From NCBI GenBank assembly GCA_002788675.1, contig PFRS01000005.1, positions 314,635 to 378,634 on the forward strand: 64,000 nt of DNA, in the 5' to 3' direction. Source of the DNA: Candidatus Pacebacteria bacterium CG_4_9_14_0_2_um_filter_40_15. GTDB taxonomy: Bacteria; Patescibacteriota; Microgenomatia; UBA1400; PJMF01. Under the pieces are notes generated by a model that saw only the letters and a program-made list of their open reading frames with translations, searched no databases and had not been told where the DNA came from. Below are positions 1 through 10,250 of this stretch, one piece after another; position 1 is the first letter of the stretch; every line of letters begins with the position of its first letter. Both the position numbers and the translations under genes were made by a program.

Positions 1-2
1 CT

Positions 3-326
3 ATAAATAGAGTAATCGGTTTGAAAAAACGACAAGTAGGGTTACTCAGCGGTCTATGGCATGCCCTTAAACCAGGTGGTACACTTGTGTATTCTACCTG
101 TGCAGTTACTCCCGAAGAAGATGAGTGGGTGGTTGGCAAATTTCTGAAGAAAAGAAAAGGTGAGGCAACTCTGGTACCCTTTACAACCCCACAACAAGTT
201 CCTGGAAATCCTGGCATTCCAGGTGAATACGCTGTTGAGTATGACACAAGCCTAGTCCGCAGAGTGTTACCTCATACCTCAGGACTTGACCCTATGTTTG
301 TGGCGGTTTTTAAGAAAGCTTTGTAA
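3..326 (+). CDS. RsmB/RsmF (NOL1/NOP2/Sun) RNA m5C methyltransferase, C-terminal part (5'-partial)
   Basis: LKPGGTLVYSTC...PEEDEWVV motif with catalytic TC; the frame is open back to the window edge. Confidence 0.85.
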   Translation: MNRVIGLKKRQVGLLSGLWHALKPGGTLVYSTCAVTPEEDEWVVGKFLKKRKGEATLVPFTTPQQVPGNPGIPGEYAVEYDTSLVRRVLPHTSGLDPMFVAVFKKAL

Positions 327-927
327 ACAACTCAGACTCTGGAAATCTAAATTTAGGTCGTGCTGGACCTTCTTTTCGGTACCCAAGTGCAAGCACAACT
401 ACTGGTATTTGATCTTCAGGAACTGAAAGAATTTTAGCGTACTCATTAGGTAAAAATCCCTCCATAGGACAGGAATCGATTTCTAACTCAGCAGCTGCCG
501 CAAGACCAAAACCTAGTGCAATGTATGCTTGTCGGGACGCCCAGGTTTCTTGTTGCTGATCAGACTTATTTGAGAGTGCCCCGGTCATCATGTTTTTCAT
601 TCCAGACAGTTTTTCTTTTGCCGCGCTATCTCCACCAGATAATTCTTCAACATATGCCGATACACGACCAACGGCATCGTTAAGTGCTGAGAAAACCAAA
701 ATATGAGAAGATTCAGTCAATTGAGCCTGATCATAAGAAGCAGCTCTTAGTTTTTCCTGAACAGATTTGTCTGAAATAATATGGACATGAAATGGTTGCA
801 AACCATAGGATGTTGGTGCTAAACGAACTGCTTCGAGAACTTTTGCTAAATCAGCATCTGATACCTTCTTTGTAGTATCAAACGACTTGGTGGCAAAACG
901 CCATGAGAGTTGAGATAAAAATGACAC
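310..927 (-). CDS. NAD(P)H-dependent nitroreductase (NfsB-like)
   Basis: WRFATKSF, LAPTSYGLQP and IDSCPMEGF motifs. Confidence 0.9.
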   Translation of the reverse strand: MSFLSQLSWRFATKSFDTTKKVSDADLAKVLEAVRLAPTSYGLQPFHVHIISDKSVQEKLRAASYDQAQLTESSHILVFSALNDAVGRVSAYVEELSGGDSAAKEKLSGMKNMMTGALSNKSDQQQETWASRQAYIALGFGLAAAAELEIDSCPMEGFLPNEYAKILSVPEDQIPVVVLALGYRKEGPARPKFRFPESELFTKLS

Positions 928-1051
928 ATGGTCCTTCCTTTTTATTGGAATAGTACTGTAGCATGTCTACTCAACTTTACAAAGGGTTGAAACTAGATAT
1001 AAGTCGAGCAATGTCTTTAGTCTAAGAGAAGGAAATTATATAACCTATAAC

Positions 1052-1079
1052 TTGCAATCTAGGCTCTTTTTGGTATAAT
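1052..1079 (+). promoter_or_regulatory. sigma70 promoter (TTGCAA-16-TATAAT, extended TG)
   Basis: TTGCAA at 1052-1057, TGgTATAAT at 1071-1079. Confidence 0.55.
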
Positions 1080-1211
1080 TTTCCCCATCTTACATCATGT
1101 GTCGTGTAATCACGATATATGGTTGGGATTATTTCGTTAACATTATCTGTTTTTTATTTTAATAAACCAAAAGAAACACAACCGGGGCTCAGCCCCAAAA
1201 GGTTAGAAACC

Positions 1212-2366
1212 GTGAGATACAGATTGAAAGTTCTAAATATTATTCTGCTTTTTGCTTTATTCTTGAGTGCATGTGGGCCAACTGGCTCTCCAGCACCGGT
1301 TCAAACTGTTGAGGAAACCACTGCTGGGCCAGCAATAAATGCAGTACCAACAGCAACCCTAGCCCCAGTTGCTGCTCCACCTCCCCCGCAACTCTATGAG
1401 CTGTATCCGGATGCAGATCCGGATGAGGTGTCCACTTACGCAGCAATAGCTGCGTGTGTGCCTGATCCCAACCTTACAAGTAAATTAGGTGGAATCTACA
1501 ACCTGCATCCTTGTTTAGACGAGGATTTCATGGCTGTGAGCAGTGTTCTCTCAGTGGTGACCCTGGCAAGCGTGTACTCTCTAAGTTCAGCTGAAGTAGC
1601 TGCAGGGACATTCACAATTGCCGGTGTTGTCACAACCATTGTGGCAGGTGTTGAAACTGTTGTAGCAGTGATAGTGGCTAGTCCTGTGACAGTACCAGCC
1701 GCAATTATAGCTGTAACAGGTCTTACGTTGTACGCATTCATTTCCTCTCCTCCCAGCATAACCGATCCTCGGCTAGCGGACTGGGTAGCAGGGGTCTATC
1801 CCAGTAAGGTAGCAATGATGGCTAATGGCCAATTTGCACTTGGCGGTGGAACTGCTGTCTTTACCGAGGACATGACCCGAATGAGTGAGGTTGATGTAGA
1901 TGCCTTTGTTGAGCGGTGGGATCTTACCCTTCGATTTACCAGCGGCCCAACAGCCGTAATTATCGAGGACCATCCGGTCCATGCGGCAAACGCCTACTTG
2001 GCGTTGTCAGCCTTGGGCTTTAAAGTCCTTGGCGTCTACCCAAGCTGCAGCTCATTTATGGGCAGCAGTGTAATGGGCTTAATCAGTGGAGGAATGTTTA
2101 TCAACCTCTACTTAATAGACGAACAGCTGTTGGGCGGCGAAAATGGCTCTGCCTGCGCAGTGTCCATCCGCAGCATTAGCCCGGCATCTTTTATTTTGCA
2201 TTACTCGTCTCTGGGGGGACGAGATATATTCGGTAACCAAATCCGTGCAACGAATCAGTTGAACGGTGCGACTGGCGTTACCGATGCCGTCCAAAAGAAG
2301 CAATCCATGTTCCGCTTTATCGAGTACATTCTCGAAAATGCGGACAAAATTGTTCCTCCTGGATAA
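1212..2366 (+). CDS. Hypothetical lipoprotein with Pro-rich linker and long central hydrophobic segment
   Basis: GTG at 1212 gives MRYRLKVLNIILLFALFLSAC (lipobox LSAC); the ORF-track start is 1119. Confidence 0.65.
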   Translation: MRYRLKVLNIILLFALFLSACGPTGSPAPVQTVEETTAGPAINAVPTATLAPVAAPPPPQLYELYPDADPDEVSTYAAIAACVPDPNLTSKLGGIYNLHPCLDEDFMAVSSVLSVVTLASVYSLSSAEVAAGTFTIAGVVTTIVAGVETVVAVIVASPVTVPAAIIAVTGLTLYAFISSPPSITDPRLADWVAGVYPSKVAMMANGQFALGGGTAVFTEDMTRMSEVDVDAFVERWDLTLRFTSGPTAVIIEDHPVHAANAYLALSALGFKVLGVYPSCSSFMGSSVMGLISGGMFINLYLIDEQLLGGENGSACAVSIRSISPASFILHYSSLGGRDIFGNQIRATNQLNGATGVTDAVQKKQSMFRFIEYILENADKIVPPG

Positions 2367-2394
2367 TTATATTAAAAACAGATGAATGTTATTC

Positions 2395-2423
2395 ATAAGG
2401 CCAGGTATCACACCTGGCCTTAT
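2395..2423. terminator. Intrinsic terminator hairpin
   Basis: ATAAGGCCAGGT-atcac-ACCTGGCCTTAT, a 12-bp stem between convergent genes. Confidence 0.7.
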
Positions 2424-2554
2424 TTCGTATAACGATAATAAATGCGCGAGCCCTCTTGGCCCGCGCATTAAAATTGTGTCTGACCGACACCACATTTGAG
2501 TCTGAGAAAGCACAAATGTGTTTTGAACTAACAAAGAGGTACTACGCTCCTCAG

Positions 2555-3070
2555 TTAGTTACCGTGCATGCCCATTCCGCGGCCGGCACCTGAGCCATCT
2601 CCGCGACCTGCACCGGGGCCACCTTTCCCTTCACCAAGTCCCATGGGACCTACTAAAGAGATATCAATGCCTTGCTCTGATGCCCATGCTTCCATTTCGG
2701 AGCGGTGGGCGTCGCGGTAGGCGTCGCGTTCTTCAGGTGATGCGCTCAATAAAGCCTCGTGGTCTGCCTGCATTTCTTCATGCTTTTGTATTATGGCATC
2801 TGCCTGTTCTTGAGTAAGAGAACCATCTTCAACTTGAGTAGCTAAATGCTCTTCAAACCGTGATTGCATCGCGAGTTGATGCTCAACACGATATTGTGAA
2901 AATACTTCTTCTACTTCGCTCTCATTCAACCCAAACCGATCAGCGATTCGCTGGATGAGGGGAAGTCCGCGCTCGTTTTCCATAGCTTGAACCGTTGTAG
3001 CGGAAAAAGATCCGACTGCTAACAGTCCTGCTAAGGCAAGAGCTGGAAGAATGATTTTTTTGCTGTGCAT
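2555..3070 (-). CDS. Secreted helical protein (Spy/CpxP-like LTxxQ motif, Gly/Met-rich tail)
   Basis: Signal peptide from MHSKKIILPALALAG; LTQEQ motif; lies downstream of a two-component system. Confidence 0.65.
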   Translation of the reverse strand: MHSKKIILPALALAGLLAVGSFSATTVQAMENERGLPLIQRIADRFGLNESEVEEVFSQYRVEHQLAMQSRFEEHLATQVEDGSLTQEQADAIIQKHEEMQADHEALLSASPEERDAYRDAHRSEMEAWASEQGIDISLVGPMGLGEGKGGPGAGRGDGSGAGRGMGMHGN

Positions 3071-3109
3071 AGATATTCCTTTCAGCAAAACTATTTACTA
3101 CTAAGATGA

Positions 3110-3141
3110 AGTATAAGCAACTAAACTGAGAAAGAGCTTAA
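3110..3141 (-). promoter_or_regulatory. Putative OmpR-family tandem box plus -10 element
   Basis: Minus strand reads TTAAG-ctct-TTCTCAG...TATACT; the same layout occurs at 4921-4950. Confidence 0.45.
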
Positions 3142-3152
3142 AACACAACAAA

Positions 3153-4220
3153 TTACTTTTGAGTAAGTGGCAATGAGACAGTAAAGGTGCTACCAGTACC
3201 GAGAGTACTTGAGACGGAAATAGAGCCTCCATGAGTCTCAACAATTTCCTTTGCGACTGCTAAACCAAGACCAAAACCTGCCTTATATTGTTGTGTTCTG
3301 GCAGTATCTACCCTATAAAATCGATTAAAGATGCAAGGTAATTCCGATGAACTGATACCTTCTCCTGTATCCTTAATCATCAATATGCATCGTCGACGTG
3401 ATGTTTTTAAAATAACATGTACTGAACCAGAAGCTGTATATTTTATTGCATTCTCAACTAAAATAGTAAGTAACTCTTGAATTTTTTCTTTATCAGCCTG
3501 AAGCTGCACACCTGCGCCCAACACTTCCAGATCTAATTCTTTTTCATCCGCAAGAGGTTTGAGCAAAGTCACCACTTTTTGCACTAATGGCTTAACCTCA
3601 AAAGTGCTAAAAGTAATTCTATGCCTGTTTCCTTGATACATTGTTAGTCGAAGCAGCTTATCAACAAGATACTGCAAGTTATCTACCTGTTCTAAAGAAG
3701 TTTCCACCACTTCTGAAACTTCTGTCTCAGAATGTTTTTTCTTTAATAAAAATACTTCCAATAGTATCTTTAGCGCTGTCACCGGAGTTCTCAGTTCATG
3801 AGAAGCATCAGCCACAAATTTCTTTTGATCTTCAAGTGCCTTTTGTATTGGTCCCAAGGTTTTACCTGCCAATAACCAACCTGCAAAAATAGCAAAAAGG
3901 GCTAAGATCGCGTTAATAGAAAATAATTGCCAAATAACAGACTCTTTTGCAACTTGAAGATCTTCAGTAAGTAACTGACTTTTTACAATGTGCTGTAAAC
4001 GAGGATCATCAAGCGTATCTAGTTGCTGACGCCAATGTGGAGGTAAGGCAATTCCATGTTCTTCAGCAAGCACACGTACTTTTGCTCGAGCAAAACTTCG
4101 TTCAAGCTCAACAGTAAATGAAAAATAGAGGGCTGTACTAAATAAAAGACTAATTGCCATTATGGTAAAGAGATACCAAATGGTCAATTTCATTCGAGCA
4201 GAATGGAACATTCCAAACAT
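3153..4220 (-). CDS. Sensor histidine kinase
   Basis: Two TM segments, H-box ASHELRTP, N-box ENAIKY, DTGEGI and GFGLGLA. Confidence 0.95.
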   Translation of the reverse strand: MFGMFHSARMKLTIWYLFTIMAISLLFSTALYFSFTVELERSFARAKVRVLAEEHGIALPPHWRQQLDTLDDPRLQHIVKSQLLTEDLQVAKESVIWQLFSINAILALFAIFAGWLLAGKTLGPIQKALEDQKKFVADASHELRTPVTALKILLEVFLLKKKHSETEVSEVVETSLEQVDNLQYLVDKLLRLTMYQGNRHRITFSTFEVKPLVQKVVTLLKPLADEKELDLEVLGAGVQLQADKEKIQELLTILVENAIKYTASGSVHVILKTSRRRCILMIKDTGEGISSSELPCIFNRFYRVDTARTQQYKAGFGLGLAVAKEIVETHGGSISVSSTLGTGSTFTVSLPLTQK

Positions 4221-4222
4221 TG

Positions 4223-4909
4223 TTATTCTTTCTGGTCTTCTTGTATTGTATATCCAAAACCGCGCACCGTTTTTATAAAGGTAGGTTTACTGGAAAAAGG
4301 CTTCTCAAGTTTCGCTCGCAAGTAACCAACATACACTTCAACCGTATTTGGTAACACATCAGCATCAAATTCCCAAACTGCTTCAAGTATCTGATCTTTT
4401 GAAAGCACTCTACCCGCATTTTTAAGCAAATACACAAGCAATGAGAACTCTCTTTTTGAAAGGCTAATCGGGACATCATCCCGCAACACTGTCATAGCGG
4501 CAGTATCTACCCGTACATCATCATATTCTAGCACTTCATGTTGAAATGCCTTTTGTCTTCTAGCCAATGCCTGAACACGAGCTACTAACTCTGCAAATTG
4601 AAAAGGCTTCACAAGATAATCATCAGCCCCCGTCTGTAAACCACCCACCTTATCTTCAAGCGATCCTCGTGCTGTTAACATGAGAATTGGAGTGGTATTC
4701 CCTTCAGACCGTAATTCTGAACAAATCTCCATACCATTTTTTCCAGGAAGCATAAGATCTAAAAGTATCACATCATACGTTTCATTTATGGCTAAATCAA
4801 ACCCATCTAAACCATCGTAAGCTACATCCACAGCATACCCATGCGTCTGTAAACCTTTCTGAATTGACTCAGCAATAGTGTGATTGTCTTCGACAATAAG
4901 CAGTTTCAT
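4223..4909 (-). CDS. OmpR/PhoB-family response regulator
   Basis: MKLLIVEDN, DLMLP, GADDYLVKPF and wHTH TVRGFGY; likely start is ATG 4909. Confidence 0.95.
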   Translation of the reverse strand: MKLLIVEDNHTIAESIQKGLQTHGYAVDVAYDGLDGFDLAINETYDVILLDLMLPGKNGMEICSELRSEGNTTPILMLTARGSLEDKVGGLQTGADDYLVKPFQFAELVARVQALARRQKAFQHEVLEYDDVRVDTAAMTVLRDDVPISLSKREFSLLVYLLKNAGRVLSKDQILEAVWEFDADVLPNTVEVYVGYLRAKLEKPFSSKPTFIKTVRGFGYTIQEDQKE

Positions 4910-4920
4910 ATGTGTACTAT

Positions 4921-4950
4921 AGTATACCGGATTACTGAGAAAAACCTGAA
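4921..4950 (-). promoter_or_regulatory. Putative autoregulatory OmpR-family box plus -10 element
   Basis: TTCAG-gttt-TTCTCAG, half-sites 11 bp apart, followed by TATACT. Confidence 0.45.
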
Positions 4951-5085
4951 TGAGCTTTTTTTGACTGATGTATAGGTGTGTTTTACACACAGATTGCAGT
5001 GGTAATTTAAAAGTAAAAGTGATATACTACGTTTCTGCCTAAAACCAGGCTTCGTCTTGGTTTTTTTAGTTCTAGGAAGACATTT

Positions 5086-6918
5086 ATGCAAATGCTAAAA
5101 ATTCGAAACATTGCCGTTATAGCTCACGTTGACCATGGAAAAACAACTCTTGTGGACGCTCTCTTAAAGCAAACACACGTATTCCGTGATAATCAAAAGG
5201 AAATGAGTGAAGATCGTATTCTGGATAGTAATGACCTCGAGCGAGAACGCGGAATTACAATTTTGGCAAAAAACTGTGCAATCGATTACAAAGACTACAA
5301 AATCAACATCATTGATACTCCAGGTCACGCAGACTTTTCAGGTGAAGTTGAGCGAACCCTTTCAATGGCAGATGGAGCCCTGCTCATTATCGATGCGCAA
5401 GAAGGCCCAATGCCACAATCACGCTTTGTGCTTAAAAAAGCATTAGCTCTTGGATTAAAAATTATAGTTGTTGTTAATAAAATTGATAAACCTTTTGCCC
5501 GAACTGAGAAAGTTCTTGCAAAGGTAGAGGATCTATTCTTAGAGCTTGCTCAAGATGAAGATCAACTCCACTTTACTACCCTGTATGCAATTGCCCGAGA
5601 AGGTAGTGTTTTTACAGAAGTTCCTGAAGATTTAACACAAAAAGGAGATGTTACCCCACTTCTTGAGAGAATCGTCTCAGAAATTCCTGCTCCTCAAGTA
5701 AATCAAGACGGCCCATTCAAGATGGTTGTCTCAACTATCGATTACGATAAACATCTTGGTCGTATCAGTATTGGCCGTATCTCTCAAGGAACTATCCATC
5801 GTAGAGATACAATTATTGTGACTGATACTCCAACCAAAACTCACTCTGTAGAGCATCTTATGCTCTCTCGAGGTCTTGGACGTTATGAAACTGAAGAAGC
5901 TCAGGCTGGTGACATCGTCGCACTGACTGGTGTTTCAAATATCACCATTGGTCAGACACTTTCTGATCCAAGTGATACCACTTCACTCCACACTATTGAA
6001 ATTTCAGAACCAACGCTACATATGCAAATGGGTTCAAACTCATCTCCATTTTCTGCTCAAGAAGGTGACTTCACAACAAGTCGTCAACTTGAAGAGCGAC
6101 TAGAGCGAGAACTTGAAAGTAATCTTTCACTTCGTGTTGAAAAACTCGACGGGGGTCAGTTTAAACTTTCTGGTCGAGGTGAATTACACCTTTCTATTCT
6201 TCTTGAAAACATGCGCCGTGAAGGCTATGAAATGGAAGTAAGTAAACCTGAGGTTATTACCAAAAGGATTGATGGCATTCTTCACGAACCTATAGAAGAA
6301 GTAAGTATCATTGTTCCAGAGGAATTTAGTGGTGCAATTAATCAAGAACTCGGTAAACGATACGGTGAAATGCAAAAAATGGAATCAGTTACTGATACAG
6401 AAGTTGAATTTACCTATAAAATGGCAAGTCGAGCTTTAATTGGTCTGCGAAGTACGCTGCTAACACTCACAAAAGGCACTGCCTTAGTAAGTAGTCAATT
6501 TATCGCCTTTGAGCCAATGGGAAAACAAATTCCACAGCTGCGAAATGGTGTCCTTATCTCATCAGAAACTGGTGATGTAACTGCGTATGGACTCAATGCT
6601 GCCCAAGGCAGAGGTGTAACCTTTGTTAAACCAGGTGATACTATTTATGAAGGTCTTATTGTTGGTGTAAATGCTAAAAAAGAAGACATTGAAGTTAATG
6701 TCTGTAAGGGTAAAAAACTTACTAACATGAGAACTTCTGGTAGTGATGGTATTATCTCAATTATTCCACCACTTGAAATGAGTCTCGAGCAGGCGCTCGA
6801 ATTTATTGAAGACGATGAATTACTTGAAGTTACTCCTAAATCTATTCGTGTTCGTAAGAAAAATCTTACAGCAGTAGACAGAAAAAGACAAAAACGCAAA
6901 GAGCGAGAAACTAACTAA
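5086..6918 (+). CDS. typA: Translational GTPase TypA/BipA
   Basis: AHVDHGKTTL, ERERGITI, DTPGHADF, GRGELHL and KKLTNMR. Confidence 0.97.
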   Translation: MQMLKIRNIAVIAHVDHGKTTLVDALLKQTHVFRDNQKEMSEDRILDSNDLERERGITILAKNCAIDYKDYKINIIDTPGHADFSGEVERTLSMADGALLIIDAQEGPMPQSRFVLKKALALGLKIIVVVNKIDKPFARTEKVLAKVEDLFLELAQDEDQLHFTTLYAIAREGSVFTEVPEDLTQKGDVTPLLERIVSEIPAPQVNQDGPFKMVVSTIDYDKHLGRISIGRISQGTIHRRDTIIVTDTPTKTHSVEHLMLSRGLGRYETEEAQAGDIVALTGVSNITIGQTLSDPSDTTSLHTIEISEPTLHMQMGSNSSPFSAQEGDFTTSRQLEERLERELESNLSLRVEKLDGGQFKLSGRGELHLSILLENMRREGYEMEVSKPEVITKRIDGILHEPIEEVSIIVPEEFSGAINQELGKRYGEMQKMESVTDTEVEFTYKMASRALIGLRSTLLTLTKGTALVSSQFIAFEPMGKQIPQLRNGVLISSETGDVTAYGLNAAQGRGVTFVKPGDTIYEGLIVGVNAKKEDIEVNVCKGKKLTNMRTSGSDGIISIIPPLEMSLEQALEFIEDDELLEVTPKSIRVRKKNLTAVDRKRQKRKERETN

Positions 6919-7129
6919 CTTTCACTTTAATTGGTACTTCATCTAACTCTATACCGTCATACTTAGCTATCGCTTGGTATGCTGCCATTGGTGGCATCTG
7001 AAATTCTACACAATGTTGGGCATGAGCCCCTGAATATTTAAATTGGGTGACTTCACCCAATTCTTCAAACATTTCAATTATGTCATTTTTAGACATGCTA
7101 TTAGGTAGTGCACAGACATGGACTCTCAT
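6911..7129 (-). CDS. Small RRM-like RNA-binding protein
   Basis: Degenerate RNP2/RNP1 pattern (VHVCALP...MFEELGEV...VEF...AIAKYDG). Confidence 0.6.
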   Translation of the reverse strand: MRVHVCALPNSMSKNDIIEMFEELGEVTQFKYSGAHAQHCVEFQMPPMAAYQAIAKYDGIELDEVPIKVKVS

Positions 7130-7186
7130 AATGCTCGATTTTATACTTATTTTTTCTCCATAAAAAGTAGGAATATCTAGTATCTG

Positions 7187-8194
7187 TTACTTGGTCGGCG
7201 GGACCTCAACAGGATGTGCATTAACCCATTCATAGATATGTTTTGAGAGTTGTTCAAGCTGTGGTATTGCAGATCTTAGTTCTGGCAATGATTCAGATGC
7301 GGAGCTTACACATAACAGATACGGATTTTCAGGATGAAATACAATCTGACACTGATTAAAACGAAACTTCTCATGTGCCTCTGGTGGTGGATCATAATAA
7401 CCAAATTTGCTTGCTACTTCAATTTCATTGGGTATGCCAGCTACCAGCCCCATTTTGTACTGTGACTGAGTAAGTAATGACAATGCCTTTTCAGAGTTCA
7501 CCCTATTTAAATAACTAGCATTGTATAACATTCTAAACATATTAGAATAATCTTTAAGTGAAATTTCACCATCAAATTCCATGTGAGTCTGTTGCTCAAA
7601 TGATTGTAAAAAATCTGGATAATGCTTGTTAAGAATGTACTGTAATGAAGAAGCTGACTCATTATCAGAATACTTGATCATACGAGCGACCAGATCAGAT
7701 ACTGTATATTTTTTGCCATTTTCTAAAACCATATCTTTATATTCTTCAGTATCTAGATTGCGAGCAAAAAGAAACTGATTAGCATATAAAAATTCTTCAT
7801 CTAATAATGCTGGATACTCTTCTGATTTTTTATACACTGCTAATAGTATCAATACTTTACTAAGACTTGCCGGTGCAATTTTTTCGTTTTCGTTTATACC
7901 AAGCCATAATCCAGTACGCAAATTTCTATAATAAACATTAGTGGCATCACGCAGATGCAGTTGTTCCATTTTTGTAGTGATTTCTGTATCTAGTGCTTGT
8001 AACCTTGGCGACATGATATCAGCGTCACATTCAAGTAACGGCTCAATGTATCTATGACCAGTTTCTCTAATTTCCCGATAATCAGATAAAACAGTCTTTG
8101 ATGATTCAGATTGGTTCTTCCTTCCAAAATACAGTAACAAAGGAACTGATCCAAAAAGTACACCAACTAAAAATAAGATGAGATTTTTTTTCAT
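7187..8194 (-). CDS. Membrane-anchored class A beta-lactamase-like serine hydrolase
   Basis: SxxK (ASLSK), SDN and KFG motifs; N-terminal TM. Confidence 0.8.
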   Translation of the reverse strand: MKKNLILFLVGVLFGSVPLLLYFGRKNQSESSKTVLSDYREIRETGHRYIEPLLECDADIMSPRLQALDTEITTKMEQLHLRDATNVYYRNLRTGLWLGINENEKIAPASLSKVLILLAVYKKSEEYPALLDEEFLYANQFLFARNLDTEEYKDMVLENGKKYTVSDLVARMIKYSDNESASSLQYILNKHYPDFLQSFEQQTHMEFDGEISLKDYSNMFRMLYNASYLNRVNSEKALSLLTQSQYKMGLVAGIPNEIEVASKFGYYDPPPEAHEKFRFNQCQIVFHPENPYLLCVSSASESLPELRSAIPQLEQLSKHIYEWVNAHPVEVPPTK

Positions 8195-8361
8195 GATCTA
8201 TAACAATTATTATCTTAACGAAGAATATGCTACACTCAGCATTTATGCAACGTACAAAATCCCTGTGTACAAGCCAAATATAGTTTCTTGAGTTTTGAAT
8301 AATAAACCCATAACTTATTTTTCTAAAACCCTCGGCTTTTACAGAACTCATGTGTTAGGGT

Positions 8362-8859
8362 ATGATATGGAGTATGTATCTTCACGATGTTTTAAAAAAA
8401 TACTTGCCAATACTTTTGATAAAAATAAGGTACCCCGGCACTCAGGTGGGATCACACTTTCAATGCTCAAAAAACTTCACTATTTTTCATGGTCAGAAAT
8501 CAGTACGTATCGGAAACCATTGCAATCTTGTTGATGCGCTCATTAACGCAGGCGACTCGTCAACAGTTTCCATCGGCGATTATGTTTTCTTTGGTCATGG
8601 AGTAAAACTTCTTGGCAGAGGCCATGATCTCAGATATAAGAATCAAAAACGTCAAACAACTATAACTGAAAAACCCATAACCATTGGAAATGGTGTTTGG
8701 ATCGCAACTGGTTCGACTATCTTAGGAGGAATAACTATAGGTGACCATGCAGTAATTGCAGCAGGAAGTATTGTGACTAAGAACGTTCCTCCAAACACAC
8801 TTGTAGCAGGTATCCCAGCTAAAGTCGTTAAAAAAATAGAGTTTAAAACAAATACATAG
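8362..8859 (+). CDS. Hexapeptide-repeat (LbH) acyltransferase
   Basis: PITIGNGVWIATGSTILGGITIGDHAVIAAGSIVTKNVP...AGIPAK. Confidence 0.9.
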   Translation: MIWSMYLHDVLKKYLPILLIKIRYPGTQVGSHFQCSKNFTIFHGQKSVRIGNHCNLVDALINAGDSSTVSIGDYVFFGHGVKLLGRGHDLRYKNQKRQTTITEKPITIGNGVWIATGSTILGGITIGDHAVIAAGSIVTKNVPPNTLVAGIPAKVVKKIEFKTNT

Positions 8860-9096
8860 TTACTTAACTGTATACCCCAACTTTGTTATCACGCCCTTAA
8901 GTTCATCTTCAGAAACCTTGGTCTTATCAAACTCAATCTCTGTTACTCCAGTCGCATAGCTAGTTGTAGCACTTGATACACCTGCAGTATCCTCAAGCTC
9001 TCCATCGATATTCATACTACAACTGGTGCAATGCATACCATCAACTTTCAACCTAATCTTTTCTCCACTTTGCTTTTTGTTTAAAAATGAAAACAT
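8860..9096 (-). CDS. Heavy-metal-associated (CopZ-like) chaperone
   Basis: GMHCTSC motif; likely start is ATG 9096. Confidence 0.85.
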   Translation of the reverse strand: MFSFLNKKQSGEKIRLKVDGMHCTSCSMNIDGELEDTAGVSSATTSYATGVTEIEFDKTKVSEDELKGVITKLGYTVK

Positions 9097-9107
9097 AGTT
9101 GCCTTTC

Positions 9108-10238
9108 TTATTTTACTTCCATTACTCCAGTATACATTCCCATTGAACAAGTAAAGGTAAATTTGCCTTTTGAAGTTGGTGTAAAAGTAAATGTCTGTGC
9201 ATCAGTGGCCTTAAGATTTGCAGAAATATTAAATTCTTTAAATATAAATGAAAGCGCACACGAATACGTTCCATTACTCTGCACTGTCAGTTCAACTGGA
9301 ACCCCTTGCTTTACTGTCACGTAATTTGGACTGTATCCCTGATTCACTGCGTTGATGGTAACCTTTTGCACTCCATTTACTACTTGTGCCATGCCACTTC
9401 CAGCTCCATTTGATTCTGCAAATCGGTCACTAGAAAAGAAATAGGTAACTGGGCGAACTATCTTGCTCAGCGTAATCGGTGCATCAGTAACAATCAGGAC
9501 CCCGTTCACAGAGTACAGCGCCATACCAATCAGAACAACAGAAGCAATCTTCGTAAATTTTTGATACCAACCTTCAGAGAGTTTTGCTGTAGCTACACCA
9601 ATTACAGCAAAAAGTGGAACGGTACCAAGCACAAAGGTACCTAAAATAAGTGCTCCACTGATTGGATTACCCGAGTTTATCGCAAGCACTTCCATTGCCT
9701 GAGTGACTCCACAAGGAATAAACACAGTGAGTAACCCGAGCAGCGCTGGGGCAAATAAGGCCTTGCTCTTACTAGAATTGCGAATATATCGCTGCAAAAA
9801 TTTAGGTGGCTGAAATGCAACATATCTAAAAATAGGATGGACATCAAGCAAATTCATTGCCGTCGCAAACATGAAAAATGCTGTGAAAATTTGGAAAAAT
9901 AACCGCACTTCTAAAGATAAAGTAATTGCGGATCCAAGCAGACCTAACATAAATCCTAAAATCACATGAGCCACAAATTTACTCAGTAGGAACATGCCCA
10001 CTGGCATCCAATCTAGCTCGTCGAATGAATCAAGACTAAATAGCGCCGATCGCTTTTGAAGAGCTTTTACATATGCAGCCTTCTTTTTTTCTTTTAGCTG
10101 TTTTTTGTCATTCACAATAGCTTCGTGCTCTTGATCCTTTTGGTTAGCAATTACACTTGCTAATAGTCCACCCTGCATTGCAGCACATGCGATTCCACCT
10201 GTAGTTAAACCAGTAATAAATATCAAAAATAAATTCAT
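9108..10238 (-). CDS. DsbD_2/TauE-like membrane protein with C-terminal cupredoxin domain
   Basis: GGIACAAMQGG, FIPCG and FTCSMGMYTG. Confidence 0.85.
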   Translation of the reverse strand: MNLFLIFITGLTTGGIACAAMQGGLLASVIANQKDQEHEAIVNDKKQLKEKKKAAYVKALQKRSALFSLDSFDELDWMPVGMFLLSKFVAHVILGFMLGLLGSAITLSLEVRLFFQIFTAFFMFATAMNLLDVHPIFRYVAFQPPKFLQRYIRNSSKSKALFAPALLGLLTVFIPCGVTQAMEVLAINSGNPISGALILGTFVLGTVPLFAVIGVATAKLSEGWYQKFTKIASVVLIGMALYSVNGVLIVTDAPITLSKIVRPVTYFFSSDRFAESNGAGSGMAQVVNGVQKVTINAVNQGYSPNYVTVKQGVPVELTVQSNGTYSCALSFIFKEFNISANLKATDAQTFTFTPTSKGKFTFTCSMGMYTGVMEVK

Positions 10239-10250
10239 AGAGACTGTTCC

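Noticed and set aside
7187-8194. Functional beta-lactam resistance gene
   Set aside because: SxxK, SDN and KxG are present, but the omega-loop region is short with no clear Glu166 equivalent; called only a serine hydrolase.
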